64,000 nt of DNA from contig OX337237.1 in NCBI GenBank assembly GCA_946965045.2, forward strand, positions 3,162,001-3,226,000, read 5' to 3'. The translations under genes and the position numbers were made by a program. The stretch comes from Epithemia pelagica. Lineage: Eukaryota > Protista > Bacillariophyta. Position 1 is the stretch's first letter; each line of letters starts with the position of its first letter. The notes beneath the pieces were generated by a model. The model worked only from the letters and a program-made list of their open reading frames with translations, was not told the DNA's origin and searched no databases. Of this stretch, positions 1 through 14,989 are shown piece by piece.

Positions 1-1806
1 CGATCCACCCGAATCTCTGGTACCACGGTTTGGAGGAGGATACATCACATCGGACCTACCAACCAAACAGCCACAAACAATCATCTTCTCTCTCGTTTTC
101 TCTCAAAAGCTAAGAGAGAGATTTCTTTAGAAAACCGAAGAGGGCTCCACCTCCCCGCCCAGTTGTTATTTCGTTTCTTTCACAACACAGTACTACTGCA
201 TATATTTCTTGAAAGAGTTCTTCTCAAGCAAAACCCTCTACACAGACCATAATTTGGATTCGTGTCAAAGAAATTGTGTGTATCTACACATTCCGCTAGT
301 AGTAGCGATTATGACGACGACAACAACAAGATGTAGAATCTTCCACAACGAAACACACTACTGTTTCGACAGAGGAAGGATCCTCCTCTCCTGTTTTAGT
401 CCGGGCGACTGAGTCGAATGGAGAGTTTGTCGTGTTGCTTTGATATGGTTTGGGGGAAAATGTAACGGCAAGCTCGTCTGGTGACGACCAAACATGACAC
501 CGACAGGACAGTTCACTCATTGCCGATATTGAAAACAAACCCCGAGACCACAGCAGCACCGTCATTGGGTACACTGGATCCACCAAACATTCCAACGTTT
601 GCTGCGTGTTTGGATGCAAGTCGGCGACGCTTGGGTAACCCCCCAAACCCAGTTTCTGGCAATCGTTCAATGCCCTCTCCCGTCACACACGATACCACAG
701 TATGTATAATGAGAGCCGCACCCCCGCCGCGACACACGACGGACCAGACCGTGTGCCGTTTCGATGACAAGCGGGCGTTTAACAACATTGGGCGATCGCA
801 ACAGTTGAGTGATTTCTTGTTCACACCAGGCTTGTCGCAATGCAGGATTCGGGCCATCCATTTGGGTCCAGACGACCATGATGATGATGATTGGAATACG
901 AAAGCTACCTCGAACACAAATTCAAGTAATACCTCGTCTTGTGGGTTGGCGGTTGTCCACTGCTGACCAAGACTCTACTAGCGCAGAATCGGCCATGCCT
1001 GAATGAAATTGGATGAATCCTGACACACACTCCAAGGACAAGAGTCTTGTCGGATGGTCGGAAAAGGGTGCTGTGGATCCAAGCAATGTACAGCCAACTT
1101 CTCAGTTCGCCGTCGTTGGATTGTACGTTGCCGAATCTGAGCCAAGAATCGAACCACGCGATTCGACACAGGTCGTTTTGTGTCCTTGGTACTATTCGTG
1201 GCCACAATCATCAGTTCCATAATCATTCATCCAGGGGGGCGCACACTGGAGGAAGAATGACGGTTTCTGGTTGGGAAACAACCACCATTGCCAGACGCAG
1301 CTTGATGCAGATGGGCCTGGTGCTGGATGTTCCAGCAGAAAGGACTTGAAGTGGCAATCGGAATGTATACATGATATGGTGTCGTACAAGACGAGCTGTC
1401 TGGTTCATGTCGTTGTGAGTTTGGTGCAGAACCGAGAATCACCAATCCAGCCCACGCATCAACCAAACTATTCCTCTTTCCTTCGTGACGGACGGATTGT
1501 TGTTGCTGCTGCTGCTGCAAGTGTGGAGTGTCAGGATGGGCCGTTGTTCGTTTTAGTAGGACCGATAGAGACGGCAGTAGTATTCAGCTCCTAGCAGTTT
1601 GGCTGTTGTGGACTCTGGATGCGTCATAGGAGTATCGCCATAGTGAGAGAGATTGTTTCTTGTTGTCGTTCGTGTTAGCGTGAAAGAGAGAGAGAGAGAG
1701 TCAAACACAACACTACCAACAACAACAAGATTCATGATTCATTCACCAACTTACCCACAAGAATCAAACTGTTTGTAGCTCCGGATTTGGAGGCAGGACT
1801 TTGAGA

Positions 1807-3110
1807 TCATGACAATGTCGTTGAGGTAGGCACTGTAGGGGGAGTGCTGGATCCTCCATTGGCTTGATTTTTCAAGAGTGCTTCAGCCAATAAACCATTC
1901 GTACCCATGTGGCCCGTCAAGGCCGACATGTCCAAGGATCCACGGGGAATTGTGCTTTCCATTTCATTTTCCGACAAACGTTCCAGCTGCATGGAGGTCG
2001 CAGCAGTATGTTCCAAGAAATTGGTTCCCTACATGGCATTGACAAAGCTATCATGCACTGGAACTCCTTGATCGATGCGAGTCTTGATGAGCCGTGCCTG
2101 TGCTCCCCAAAAGCGATCCACCGTGGACGTGTCATTCATGACTTTTTGGACCACCACCTCACGATTGTCGTCACCGGAATGGTGGCTGTCACTGTCGTCG
2201 ATCCTCCTCCCCCCAATCCCAACCAGGCAAGGCTCGCAATCGTTGCACTGTACTACCCGTCAAGATCTGCTTGTCAGGCGCTGTTTGTTTCAAGCGGTCC
2301 AACTGTTCAATCAGCAGTTTGACAAGCTCTTTCCAGTCCGAGTTGTTTTGCTTTCCATAAACAAGTGCCATAGTACTGATGTCATGGAGTCCTGGCGTTG
2401 ACGGAAATCAGTCGCAGTTTCGTCGTCGTCATGATTGGGATTGCTCTTGGGTTCGTTCCACTCATTGCCCATCGGAATTTTGCCGTCGCGGCCTTTTACA
2501 ATGTGCGAGGCGGCATCGACATCTTTTCCATGACAACAAATAAGGATGATTGAAAATGGCCATGAGTTCGGCATTTGTTTGGACACGGGCCAAGGGGACA
2601 TCTTGACAATGGACCGACCAGTATGTTGTGCCAAGGCCTTGATAAAACTTGTCGTCTTGCCCGATCCCGGACATGCACTCCAGAGAGATTGTTTTTGTTT
2701 AACAAAAAAAGAGACGCAAAGGTTTTTTCGTCGGACCATCGGTATCGTGTGTACACACGGTTGGAACTGGCCGAGTCACTGTCCTCTTTGTTACTCGACG
2801 ATTTGAGTTCGTAAAAGTATCGAAAATGATCTTCGAGTTTGCGCAGCAGTTCCGTCAAATAACTTTGACGGCTCCACGGGTGGACTGTACAAAGTACGTC
2901 TTGACTAGTTGTTGACTTCGGGCCTTATCACTGTGCCCGGTGTCTCATTGCCATCCTTTGATCTTCTGTCGAGGTGAGATAGACGGTAGCTCGCGTCAAG
3001 GGCAAAATGACATGTTGATGGAGATACAAGTCAATGGCCTTGATGAGAGAATGCTATTTTGCGTATCCTCATTCCATATCTTCCCACGCATCACGAAAAA
3101 GGTCTTGTAC
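1807..3110 (-). pseudogene. Decayed BCS1-like AAA+ ATPase (stramenopile type), fragmented over several frames
   Basis: Collinear minus-strand fragments: LIKAIDLYLH, RVYTRYRWSDEKTFASLF, Walker A remnant PGSGKTTSFIKALAQHTGRSIV (about 2620-2670), VPLARVQTNAELMAIF, and DVDAASHIVKGRDGK. They are separated by frameshifts, stops and an internal deletion before Walker A. The second half of the AAA domain was not seen. Boundaries are approximate. Confidence 0.7.
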
Positions 3111-3577
3111 ATGATGCGAGATGCGGCGTTCATAATACGCGTCGTCGTCACCGTCGTTGTTCCAAAAGTGCGACCATGCCTTGTGCCATTGGCCCAGTAA
3201 TGTTCATGCGTGCCTTGCCACACCAATTCCTGAACTCTTCGCTTCGGTTAGAGCCATGGTGATGGTGAGTACGAGATTTGCGCCCTTCCTCTGGTCGTCG
3301 TCCCTTGATATTCTTCTTTTCCATGCCCAATGACTCCACTCATCCCCTTGTTGTTGGTGGCGGCTTCCACGGGAGCATCCTTTTGACACGTGACGGTCGA
3401 GGGTGATGATTGTTGGTGGCAAAGGCAAACTACCAGAGTCCGGAGAGAGCGTTTCCAAACAAGCCATGACCTATTGGTCTCCCACACCAGCACGAATACC
3501 ACGACGCCGACACCATCATGCAACTCAACAAGTTGGCTCTTAAGGCCTTGTGTACCATTCTCAACTCCATTGCTCGA

Positions 3578-3821
3578 CGCGTCCATGCCGACCGTTTTTC
3601 CAGTGCAAATGAGGTTCTGTCAACACAATGTAGGTTTCATCTTCATCAGTGGTTAACAAAGTCTTCACACGAACAACCAATCCTGGTGTAGCTTCTTCCC
3701 ATTGATCGCCGCGTCCATGCCGACCGTTTTCCAGTGCAAATGAGGCTCTGTCAACACAATGTAGGACAGTGGTTCCCAAAGTCTTCACAAGAACGACCAA
3801 TCCTGGTGTAGCTTCTTCCCA
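3578..3821. repeat. Imperfect tandem direct repeat, two units, 132-bp period
   Basis: cgcgtccatgccgaccgtttt...caacacaatgtagg...gtcttcaca...ccaatcctggtgtagcttcttccca occurs at 3578-3701 and at 3710-3821; the second unit has an internal deletion. Confidence 0.85.
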
Positions 3822-4905
3822 CTCAGTTTCATGGGAAACTTCCCCTTTCTGGCAATGAGTTCAGCTTCTGTGGCTCCTGGAAAGCGCCCACAGTGCGGAA
3901 GAGGGCAGTGACATTTTGGTTTTGCGACCTGTTGACGTCCCTGGGTAAAATATAGATTGAATTACATACAGGTTACACAAATAACATAGAAGACAATGTA
4001 TGTCATGACTTTGGTGCTTACCATTGCTTCACACGAACCAAAAGGGCCTCTGTTTCGTTGTTTACTCGTTGATTGTTGATGCAAAACTGGGCTGCTTTGG
4101 AGCAGCAAGCTATCTAAAGCTGAGCTTCCCCCATCACATCCATCACTCCACATCGCTTGTAATACTAATGAAGAAGAACAGGAAGCAGTATCAGGGAGTG
4201 AGAAAGTGAAATAGACAAATAACAACGTAAATGGAGCAGCACAAGCAAAATGGTAAAAAACACAGAGCAACGCAGATGAACGACTTCATCTCTACCGCCC
4301 CTTCGATTTTTCGCACGAAACTTACACAGCATATCTATTTCATACTTGTTTCGACACTCACGAAGCTAAGACCTCTATCCGAGTCTTGATCTGATGAACG
4401 GCAGCATCAAATGCGGCGCGGCATGGTCAGGTGGTGATTTTGAAATTTATAACCTTAACTTTAGTGAAAATTAAAACGTGCAGTCAAATCGATGACCCAG
4501 CCCTTATTGTAGTGTGGGCCGCGCGGTGTGTGACCCTTGTGTGACATGACTGCACAGCCCTCCTCGACCATTGCCCTCCTCGTCATTCTACCCTTCGCGC
4601 CGCGCGGTCCTATATAATTCTTACGTTCACTTTTTTGTTCGTATTGTAGGACCTTCTTTTGTTTCATTCTGACTGATAGAGCGGGAATCAACGATTCACG
4701 GGTAATAGGGAGTCATGGGGGAAAATGAGGCCCAACGGTCATTACCGATTACCTCCGTAAAAGGAACTTGCTTTTTGCCACGACGCGAATAAGAGACTTT
4801 TCTGTGGCTCATATGTTGTTTCATGTTCCATACTCTCCTCTTTCGATTGTCGATACCCCTTTTCGATTGACTCCACATCTCATTATTTGTTAAAAGAGGA
4901 GAAGA

Positions 4906-6974
<2,069 letters not shown>

Positions 6975-9900
6975 GAAAAAAAGTGACTAGTACTGGCTAG
7001 GTGTCAGCATTACCCATCACCCCGAAGAAATGTTCAGTAACACGATACTGTCAATTGTAGATTCGAATCATTATTTCAATGAAACTCTCGCCATCACATT
7101 TGTGTTTCCTTGTCATTGTTGCGATTTGTGCGTTTCGGTCCATAAGAATTCGACAAACCGGGAGCAAGAAGAATCCAACAACCGTCTGGAATTGGTAGTG
7201 GTACGAGAACCAGGTGAAGAATGACCAGAAGGAACGAAGGAGCCAACTTGATGTGTCCCAAAAGGTGACCCGTTGTTCATGGTACAAATCAAGCAAGTGT
7301 TCCAGAAACGAGCAAACTGGTGTCCTCATCACCACCAAGACATGCACATCATCCAGTGTCAGTACGAACCTGCTCCATCCATTCCGGCGGTGGACGGTCC
7401 AGGTAGCGAGGTGACGAATTCTATATACTCCCCTCGCGCCAATGGTCTCGAATCATGAGGAGCCGCAGTTTCAGTCGAACATATAGCGTCTGGTGGACGT
7501 TGCCAAAACTCTCCAAGCGCACCGCCTTGGCACGACGGCCCGGTTCGAACCGCCACCACAAGATATCAGGGTTCGTATCCTCTCCTCGGTCGTTCCGTCT
7601 ACACGCAAGACGTCCGGTGGTACTAGTAGAGAGACAATACCAAGTCGCTGTTTCCATTGGTTGTATCCTGGATGCTGCTACTCATTGGTGGACAAGGATG
7701 GACCACAGTTCAGTCGTGCGCACACCAAAGCCCATTGGACGCACATTCCGAACCATATGCTGGGTCTTTCCTCGTTCAACGTTCTTGTTGGCTGGGCACT
7801 GGATACAAGTTATTCTTTTGATTGTCCTCGTCTCCACCACCACCAAGGGCATGCGGATTCGCCTTGTTGTTCGTTTGCGTAGTGTGCAAATTCCATGGGG
7901 ACGACGACTACACGACACAAAGTTCAGAAGACACAAAGTTTGGCGTCCCATTGTCTCCCATCTGTTGCCGACGAGAGACGGGCCCTGGACAAGAGGATCG
8001 TATCAGTTCGGGACAACCATTCCCCCAACAAGGACCTGGGGATGGATGACACGTTAGTCAGTCAGTTCGTCAGTTCTTTTGGGTTGGCGCATTCGTGGAA
8101 CCACAATCAACCACGACAGCCGCCTCGTCCGCATCGCTGTTCAGCAGGTTTCGGAATGGCTATATTCGTAGAGTGTCAACGCAACCACCAGAGCACGGCA
8201 CACAATTCCACCAGAACCACCACCGCCATGGCCAAACGACGCACATTCGAATAGAGAGGCCCTGGTTGGTGTGTGGCTGGATCTACTCTTGCTTGTCGTC
8301 GTCAGTATCATCCGCCTTGTGGCTTTTCTCTCAGACCTCGTTGTGCCAAACGAATCATCTTGTGGGGAATGCTTCGGGCCAAGTGTATTATATCGTCCGT
8401 GGCTGTCGTCTTTTGGGGGAGAACGAGGCCCGAACCAGACAACACTGTCATCGAGAGGGCGACCCAACCCTTGTGCGGATCGGATTCTTCTTCTTCTTGA
8501 GCCGTCCTGGTGGTTTGTGCTGCAGGTGCACCATGGATCCGCGGTTGCTTTTTGAAACACACAAGAGTGCCGGTAGTAGTGTTTGGTAGAACATACGTAG
8601 TAGTGCCCAATGGTTCCATTTTAGTGGGCCACCCCGACTCTGTCACACGGCCACAGAATCATTGTCACTCTACACACAAGAGTCGATTGCGGGTCGATCT
8701 ACCGTTGGATCGGACCCACCGTCCGTCGTAGAGAGGCCCCCAAGGAGAGAGGAGGAGCTACCGTTTGGCGTGTCGATATCGTTGGCAAACGTGTGTCGTG
8801 GTGGTGCGGTGGGCCGCTGTAGAGTGTTGTTCTGTTGTTGCGCTTTTCTATTCTACAATAGCTGGTCCCGAAACTGTGAAAGGATGATAATGGGACACAC
8901 ACTACAGCAGGCTCACGGAGAGGAGCTATGGTATACCATTCTAGTTGGTTCGGTTGGAACAGAACCACCAGTATTGGGAGATGCTCTGTTGCAACGAGAA
9001 CGACTCTCGTTGTTTTGTGGAAAAAAGTTCCAGTCCCCGTGGGGGATAATGGGGGAGCAGCAATGGTTTGGGCGGCGAAACGCCATCGTGTCTCGTCGTC
9101 GGGTTCGCCACAGCAACTTACACATGTAAGAAGGGGGTCTGACTAGTAGAGATAGAAATACTAGAAGTAGCTAGTAGATCGTAATAGTCATCTGGCCTCT
9201 ATTTCTGGAAAGTTCTAGCTCATTGGTAAAGACTTTCCTTCAAAATATGAAAGAGCACAACAAAGATACAATAGCTCTACTCTAGAGAGCTACTAGCATC
9301 AGGGTTTTCTAGACAGCTAGAGAGTCTAAGACAGAACCGATATCTCTATAGCATGCTAACTAGTTAGCTTTACTCTAAAAGGAGAGGACCATTGCGATTG
9401 CACACGCTCTCGCGTCGCGACTTCGAATCTCCCACCAAGGTGTGTGTGTAGATAGAGAACAACAACAACAACAACCAACACCAAGCGAGAGAGAACAGGA
9501 GTCTCTCTGTTGTCGGAACAAGGACCCTCTCCACCCACGGCAGCCGTTGCGGAATATTCCTTGGGGAGAGATTGAGAGAGAGCGTGAGAGAAACGCTGGC
9601 TTGTCTCTTCGATTTGCACTGTACTCTCTCTATTCGTAAAACAAGAGAAGAGTGTGTCTCTCTCCGCCCAACACAACCAAACCAACCAACAAACCAACAG
9701 CGTGGGTGGCTGTGACGACACGACAACCCCCCAACAAACGAACAACCGAACGAACCAACAAACAAGACTCTGGTGTGTTTGCTCGCTGGTGGCTTCGACT
9801 CCCTCGATACGTCCGCGAGCGGAGTGTGGTGTTGGATTGGTTTCGCAGTCTCCTCTCCCACTTTTGTGGTTTGGTGGAAACAAGACTCTCTCACAAGCCT

Positions 9901-10010
9901 CTAATACCAGTAGTGTCCACTTCCTTGGGACAAAATCAATCCAACAAGAAGAAGAAGAAACCCAATACAAACGAATTCACAATACGAACCTCCATACGAA
10001 CAAGCACACT

Positions 10011-10410
10011 ATGAGTCTCGTGGCACCCTTGGTGTCCTCGGCTGCAGCTGCAGCATCCTCTCCTCGTCATCGTCCCGTCACCCGAACTCCTCAAGACTTG
10101 TATCATTCCACAGTGCAGGATTCCTTGGGAGATTTTGCCGCGGCTCGAGACGACCAAACAACTGACGACGACAATCCTCCACCACAACAGCAACCACAAC
10201 AACAATCGCACTTGTCCCTCTCCTTGGCTTCCATGTCCTCGTCCCTGTCCAGTTTGGCCTCGCAGGCCTCGTTGGCGTGGAATCCACCACAAACCAACAG
10301 TCTGCAACTCGATCCGCCGCATGACGACACCAACCACACCCATAACGATGATGACGACGACGACGACATGTTTGATTTTGACGAGGAGGAAAAGAAACTG
10401 CAACAATTGC

Positions 10411-10454
<44 letters not shown>

Positions 10455-11933
10455 GACTACAACGATGAGGAACAGGTTGATGATGATGATGATGATTATG
10501 ATGATGATCAAGAGCATGATGACAACAAGAACGACAACGACCAATCGGAACCAGCCCCTCCTCCTTCACCAGCACACATGGAACCACCACCCGTCACCGG
10601 CATCTCACCACCCTCCACGAATCATTGTACCAGTGAAATGGCGTACCCCCACACCAACACGACGGTCGAATCCTTGATTCGACGACAAATGCAAGCCTCT
10701 CGAGCCTTGGAGGAACAAGAAGAAACCTCGTGGCTCTTGATTCAAACCATTTTGCAATTGCAAGCCCAATTGCAACATCAGCAACAATCCCAATCCCAAC
10801 CACAAGAAGCACAATCCCAATTACAACCACCACAACCACCCAAACAAGCTCAAGAAGCACCAGCACTCACCGTGACGACGCCACTCCCCACGAGCAGCAG
10901 TCTTGACGAGGACACGCACAATAACAACCACAACACCAACAACACCAAAATCCCCGACACGACACCACCAGACGTTCTTGTGCAGCGACTCCAAGACCAA
11001 GTGGAACACTATCAAACCAAGTGTCGTGACTACGAAACGCAACTGGACAAGCTGCAGGCACAAGTCCAAACCTTGCAACAAACCTGTCACGAACAAGAGG
11101 TGCAATTGCAAGATCGACAGGCGGTCTTGAACCTCATGGCGCAAAAAGTCACGGCCCTGTCCCAAACGCTACCACTCCATCCACAACAACAACACCCATT
11201 GCCGCAATCACAAGCGCCATGGAGTCCCGGAACGTCCAGTCCTCCGTCCACCAACCACCACAGTCAATCCCAACGGTCCAGTCCGAAGGAGGACACTGGC
11301 AAGGGTCCAAACCATGATAATGACGACAATGCGAACGAGAACCACCCGGACGACAATCTCCAGGAACCGGGTTCGACACACAGTCTGGCTTCGTCATCGT
11401 CCTTTCGATTGAAACAGGCCAAGGAAGCCCGAGAAGAGCGATTGCGCAATCTCATGAGTTTGTTTCGACGTCACAATAGTTGTCGCACAACCAGTAGCAG
11501 CAGCAATCAAAGCATTTCCAGTACGAGTAGCACCAAGAGTCATGCCAAGGCCAAACGATCGTCGTCAACGACGACCAACATGCCAACACCTACCTTGCCA
11601 TCCTTGTTGGACAAACTCTCGACCTTGGATGCTTCGACCGCGTCGTTACCCAAAACAACAACAACCAAATCGTCTCGTTCAGCAGGTGGTCCTTGGTTGT
11701 CCACCAATCGATCGTCCTCGTCGTCGTCGTCAGCCTCGTCGTCGGCCTGGATGACTCCCAAAGAAAAAGCAAACGAGGACGCCACGACCTTGTTGGCGCA
11801 ACCGTCCTTGTCTCCTTCGACGACCGGCAAGACGAAAGTGTCCAGTCCACGCTTGTTGCGAAAACGTCTCTTGAACAAACACAAACCAAGTCATCATCAT
11901 CATCACCACAAGGATACAACGTCACGACGATAA
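10011..11933 (+). CDS. Hypothetical low-complexity protein (about 640 aa) with a central coiled coil
   Basis: Long open frame; first plausible ATG at 10011 (MSLVAPLV). Q/D/S/T-rich, with heptad segment VLVQRLQDQVEHYQTKCRDYETQLDKLQAQVQTLQQ. No family recognised. Confidence 0.7.
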
Positions 11934-12592
11934 ACAACAACAACAGGGGAGTGTTTGGATTCCAAATCCGGAGGCAAATGGCACACAACAACGATCATGG
12001 TCACCAGGTGGGACACAATGGGGGACTGCGTACGGGGGAAGAACTGTTTGGATAGTTTTATTTGTTCATCAATAGTTGGGAAAGTATTATTGTGGTTCAT
12101 CCGTAGTTGGGATGCTTGGATAGTGTTTTCATTTGTTCATCCATATCGTTGGGATTTGTAGGAATATCTATCAACGATCAACGACGGGGACCGTAGAAAC
12201 TGTACGGGAATAGTGAGACACGTCTTTTTCGTCGTTTTTGACAAACGCATCAGGATGTAGACCACTGCGGCGTTTTCTCATGCGCAATAGTTGAACCTAC
12301 GGGCAAACAGTAAAGGCAATGGTCCCAATGAAGGCACCAACCCCAAACTCCTCTTTTTCTATTCTAGTTTACACATGGAAACAAAATGTCTTGTAGCAAA
12401 GGTTTAGGAGTGAATAGTCCCCGTTATACGCAACTGGTTCCCCACAGACAAACAAACAAGAAACAATAACATAGTGTACAACCAAAACGTGAAAGCGAGA
12501 ATGAACCATATAATATCATGTAGACCAGAAGCCACAAAAACAGACTCGAAAATGTCTCTTGTAGTGTGTGGCCCGAATATGTCTTGTTGTCA

Positions 12593-14602
12593 TTAGTAGT
12601 GATCATCGTCATCATCATTTCCATAGTCTGAGTCCTTTTTTCCGCTATGACTATACGTCACTGGTGCTCGGGCAAACTGAAAATCGCATTATCGAAACGA
12701 CCCAAAGACAAGCATCCCAACCGTTAAATAAAGCAAAGGAAATGATGTGAGAGATGTTATACTACCGTGTTGACAAAAGAAGAATGTCTTGGCAGCTGAA
12801 ACGTACCGTGTATGTCGTCTTGTGAATAGCAGGTGATCGCTTGCCCATTCCCATCATTCCCATCATTCCCATCATTCCCATACCTTTGCCCATTCGCATT
12901 CCCTTTCCTTTGCCTTTTCCCTTGCCCTTATTGTAGTAGGCTGCCCAATAATCTCCCTTTCCGGAATAGTCATCCTTCTTGCCCATTCCCATCATGCCTT
13001 GTTCCTTCTTCCCCTTGTTCGTAGTGGGTTTGAGAACGGGTGAAGGCGTAACGGCGGGTGCAGGTGTGTCGACCGGAGACGGTACTGGACCTGGCGTTGG
13101 ATTTGGGTTGGGGTCATTGCCAAGCAATTGATTTTGAATGGCCTCTATGTCTTGCAAGTCCGTCAAGTATGCCGAGGCATCGGCAGGACCTCCCACCACG
13201 CCATCTACAAGACAAGCCAAATCGTCCGACCCACAAATGGCAATCAGCTCATCCGATGCATTGGCCACCGAGTCTTGAATAGACGGGTCAAATGTCTCAA
13301 AGCAATTGGTACCATTAAAAGCAACGCTGAAAAAAAAGGAAACAGTGGGGTCGGAGATACACCAGTTCCGAGCACAATAATTGAAGGCCGTTTCGAAGCG
13401 AAGTTCGTTCGGGTCCGTGGGAATCTGTAGAACCTGACCAAACTGATCAATCCAGTCATCGTTTGGATTGGAGTTCCATACAGCCCTTGTACGCCATCTA
13501 CCAACTCGGGGGGAATGTACAATACTGTAGGAAAAAAGCAACCAAAAGAGTCGGAAAATCGATAAGCGAATTTCCATGTCATTGAAGTCAAACGTGACCC
13601 TTATTTCGCTGTCGTTAAAGAAAATGGTGGTACCTCCAACATTGTTGTCAATGCCTTGTGTGGGGAACAATTCTAAAAAGTTCACATAAAATATGAGAGT
13701 GCAAAATTCATCCGGAAATGCAGGAAGCGATACTTCCACGACTGGTGCGCGAGAAGTTTCCCGAGCAACCACACCGGTAGTGACGGACGCTTGCTGAATG
13801 TTTGAGACTCGGCTGAAACGGCCTTGGATTTCCAAATTGTCGGATTGTGCCAATATGAATTCACCTTCTGCTTGGCAGTCAAATTCAACCCCATCAAATG
13901 TTTGGATATGGGGATCGGCCAAGACAAAAGACGTTGTTCCATCTTCGTTGACAACCTCTGTTCCAAAACACTGCTCAAAGATTTCCAATGACCGAAACTG
14001 CATGGCAGAGTCAGTTGGGAAAGGTTCGTCATCACATAATTCAATCTCGGCATCATCTATATTTGTGCAATCCAAATAACACTCTTCACAAACCGCGCAT
14101 TCCTGACCGTTGATGAAAGCAGCACATTCTAAAAAGTTTCCATTAGGATCCCAAAACGCATTGAAACATGCAGAATCGGTCAAGCCAGCGACGTAGGAGA
14201 CGCACATGGTAACTGCTGTTTTACGTAGAGTCCAGATACCGGATTCCTCTCCAAAGTTACCGAGAGCTCACCAATTTCCGCACACACATCTCCAATCACC
14301 GGGTCCTGAACACAGTTATCGTCTCCTTCACAATCGGGAAATGTGCAAGTTAGTCCAAATGTGTTTGGTGCTAACGTGTCGTCACAGTCACAGACTGCAT
14401 TGGGCCCGAAGCCAACGCCCATGATGTAGTCGTTAATAATTTCTTCACAGGTTTGTAACCTCCGGTTTGCAGACAGCTTGGGTCGGTATTTGTCAGCGAG
14501 GCTACGACGAAGCTCCATCCTAGAGTCGGCATGTATTATCCGAACGTTGGACATGCCATACGCCACGAGCAAAAGACGAAGGATCGAAGCGGATCTCGCC
14601 AT
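12593..14602 (-). pseudogene. Secreted Cys-rich/GDPH-VWD protein, copy A, frameshifted; last exon 12593-12676, intron 12677-12806
   Basis: Signal peptide plus RRL, Cys-rich module, LADPHIQTFDG, P/T linker and K/G/M/Y tail. Relative to copy B it has a 1-nt deletion in the T4 run at 14219-14222, plus 5-nt (about 13562) and 7-nt (about 13469) deletions. The spliced end reads FARAPVTYSHSGKKDSDYGNDDDDDHY*. Confidence 0.8.
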
Positions 14603-14766
14603 GGCGTGTTTTTTTTATACACTTGTTGCAAGGATGCCACGGCCTTATTGTTCTTCCTTGATGAGAAAATAGTGGTTTGCAAACATTTGCAATCCGCGGA
14701 ACTGCGGAACTAAGGCGTCGCTGTTGTGTACGGGGATTGATCAATCTTTTAATTTGTGAGCGAACG

Positions 14767-14780
14767 GCCAAATTCGGCCA
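14767..14780 (-). promoter_or_regulatory. Conserved upstream motif GCCAAATTCGGCCA (copy A)
   Basis: Identical 14-mer upstream of all three GDPH/VWD paralogues; the flanks of copy A are otherwise diverged. Confidence 0.4.
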
Positions 14781-14989
14781 TGGTCGAGGATGGAGCGCTC
14801 GTGTCGGCGCATGGTCACATACAGCGCGCATCGCGCGCATCAGCAAATTACAGCTGGTCACGTGTCGATTCAGGAATCCCGCACGTGTCTTGTTGCCATG
14901 TGACTAGCAGGCGCGCAGAAGTATGCGAGTCGTCAGAAACGACTCTCTGGCACTCGATTCAGTCGAGTGAAGCAACTCTCCTGCCCCTT

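Noticed and set aside
481-1600. 161-aa ORF (481-966) and coding-like fragments downstream
   Set aside because: No recognisable motif and multiple stops in every frame; may be a relic, but no call can be supported.
3941-4021. Intron-like GTAAGC...CCAG segment on the minus strand
   Set aside because: Splicing it out does not give a long frame; a stop follows within about 55 codons and the frame does not join the repeat-encoded ORF.
7000-8970. Many overlapping 70-200 aa ORFs and a stop-riddled minus-strand frame
   Set aside because: No family motif identified; cannot tell a decayed gene from noise without a homology search.
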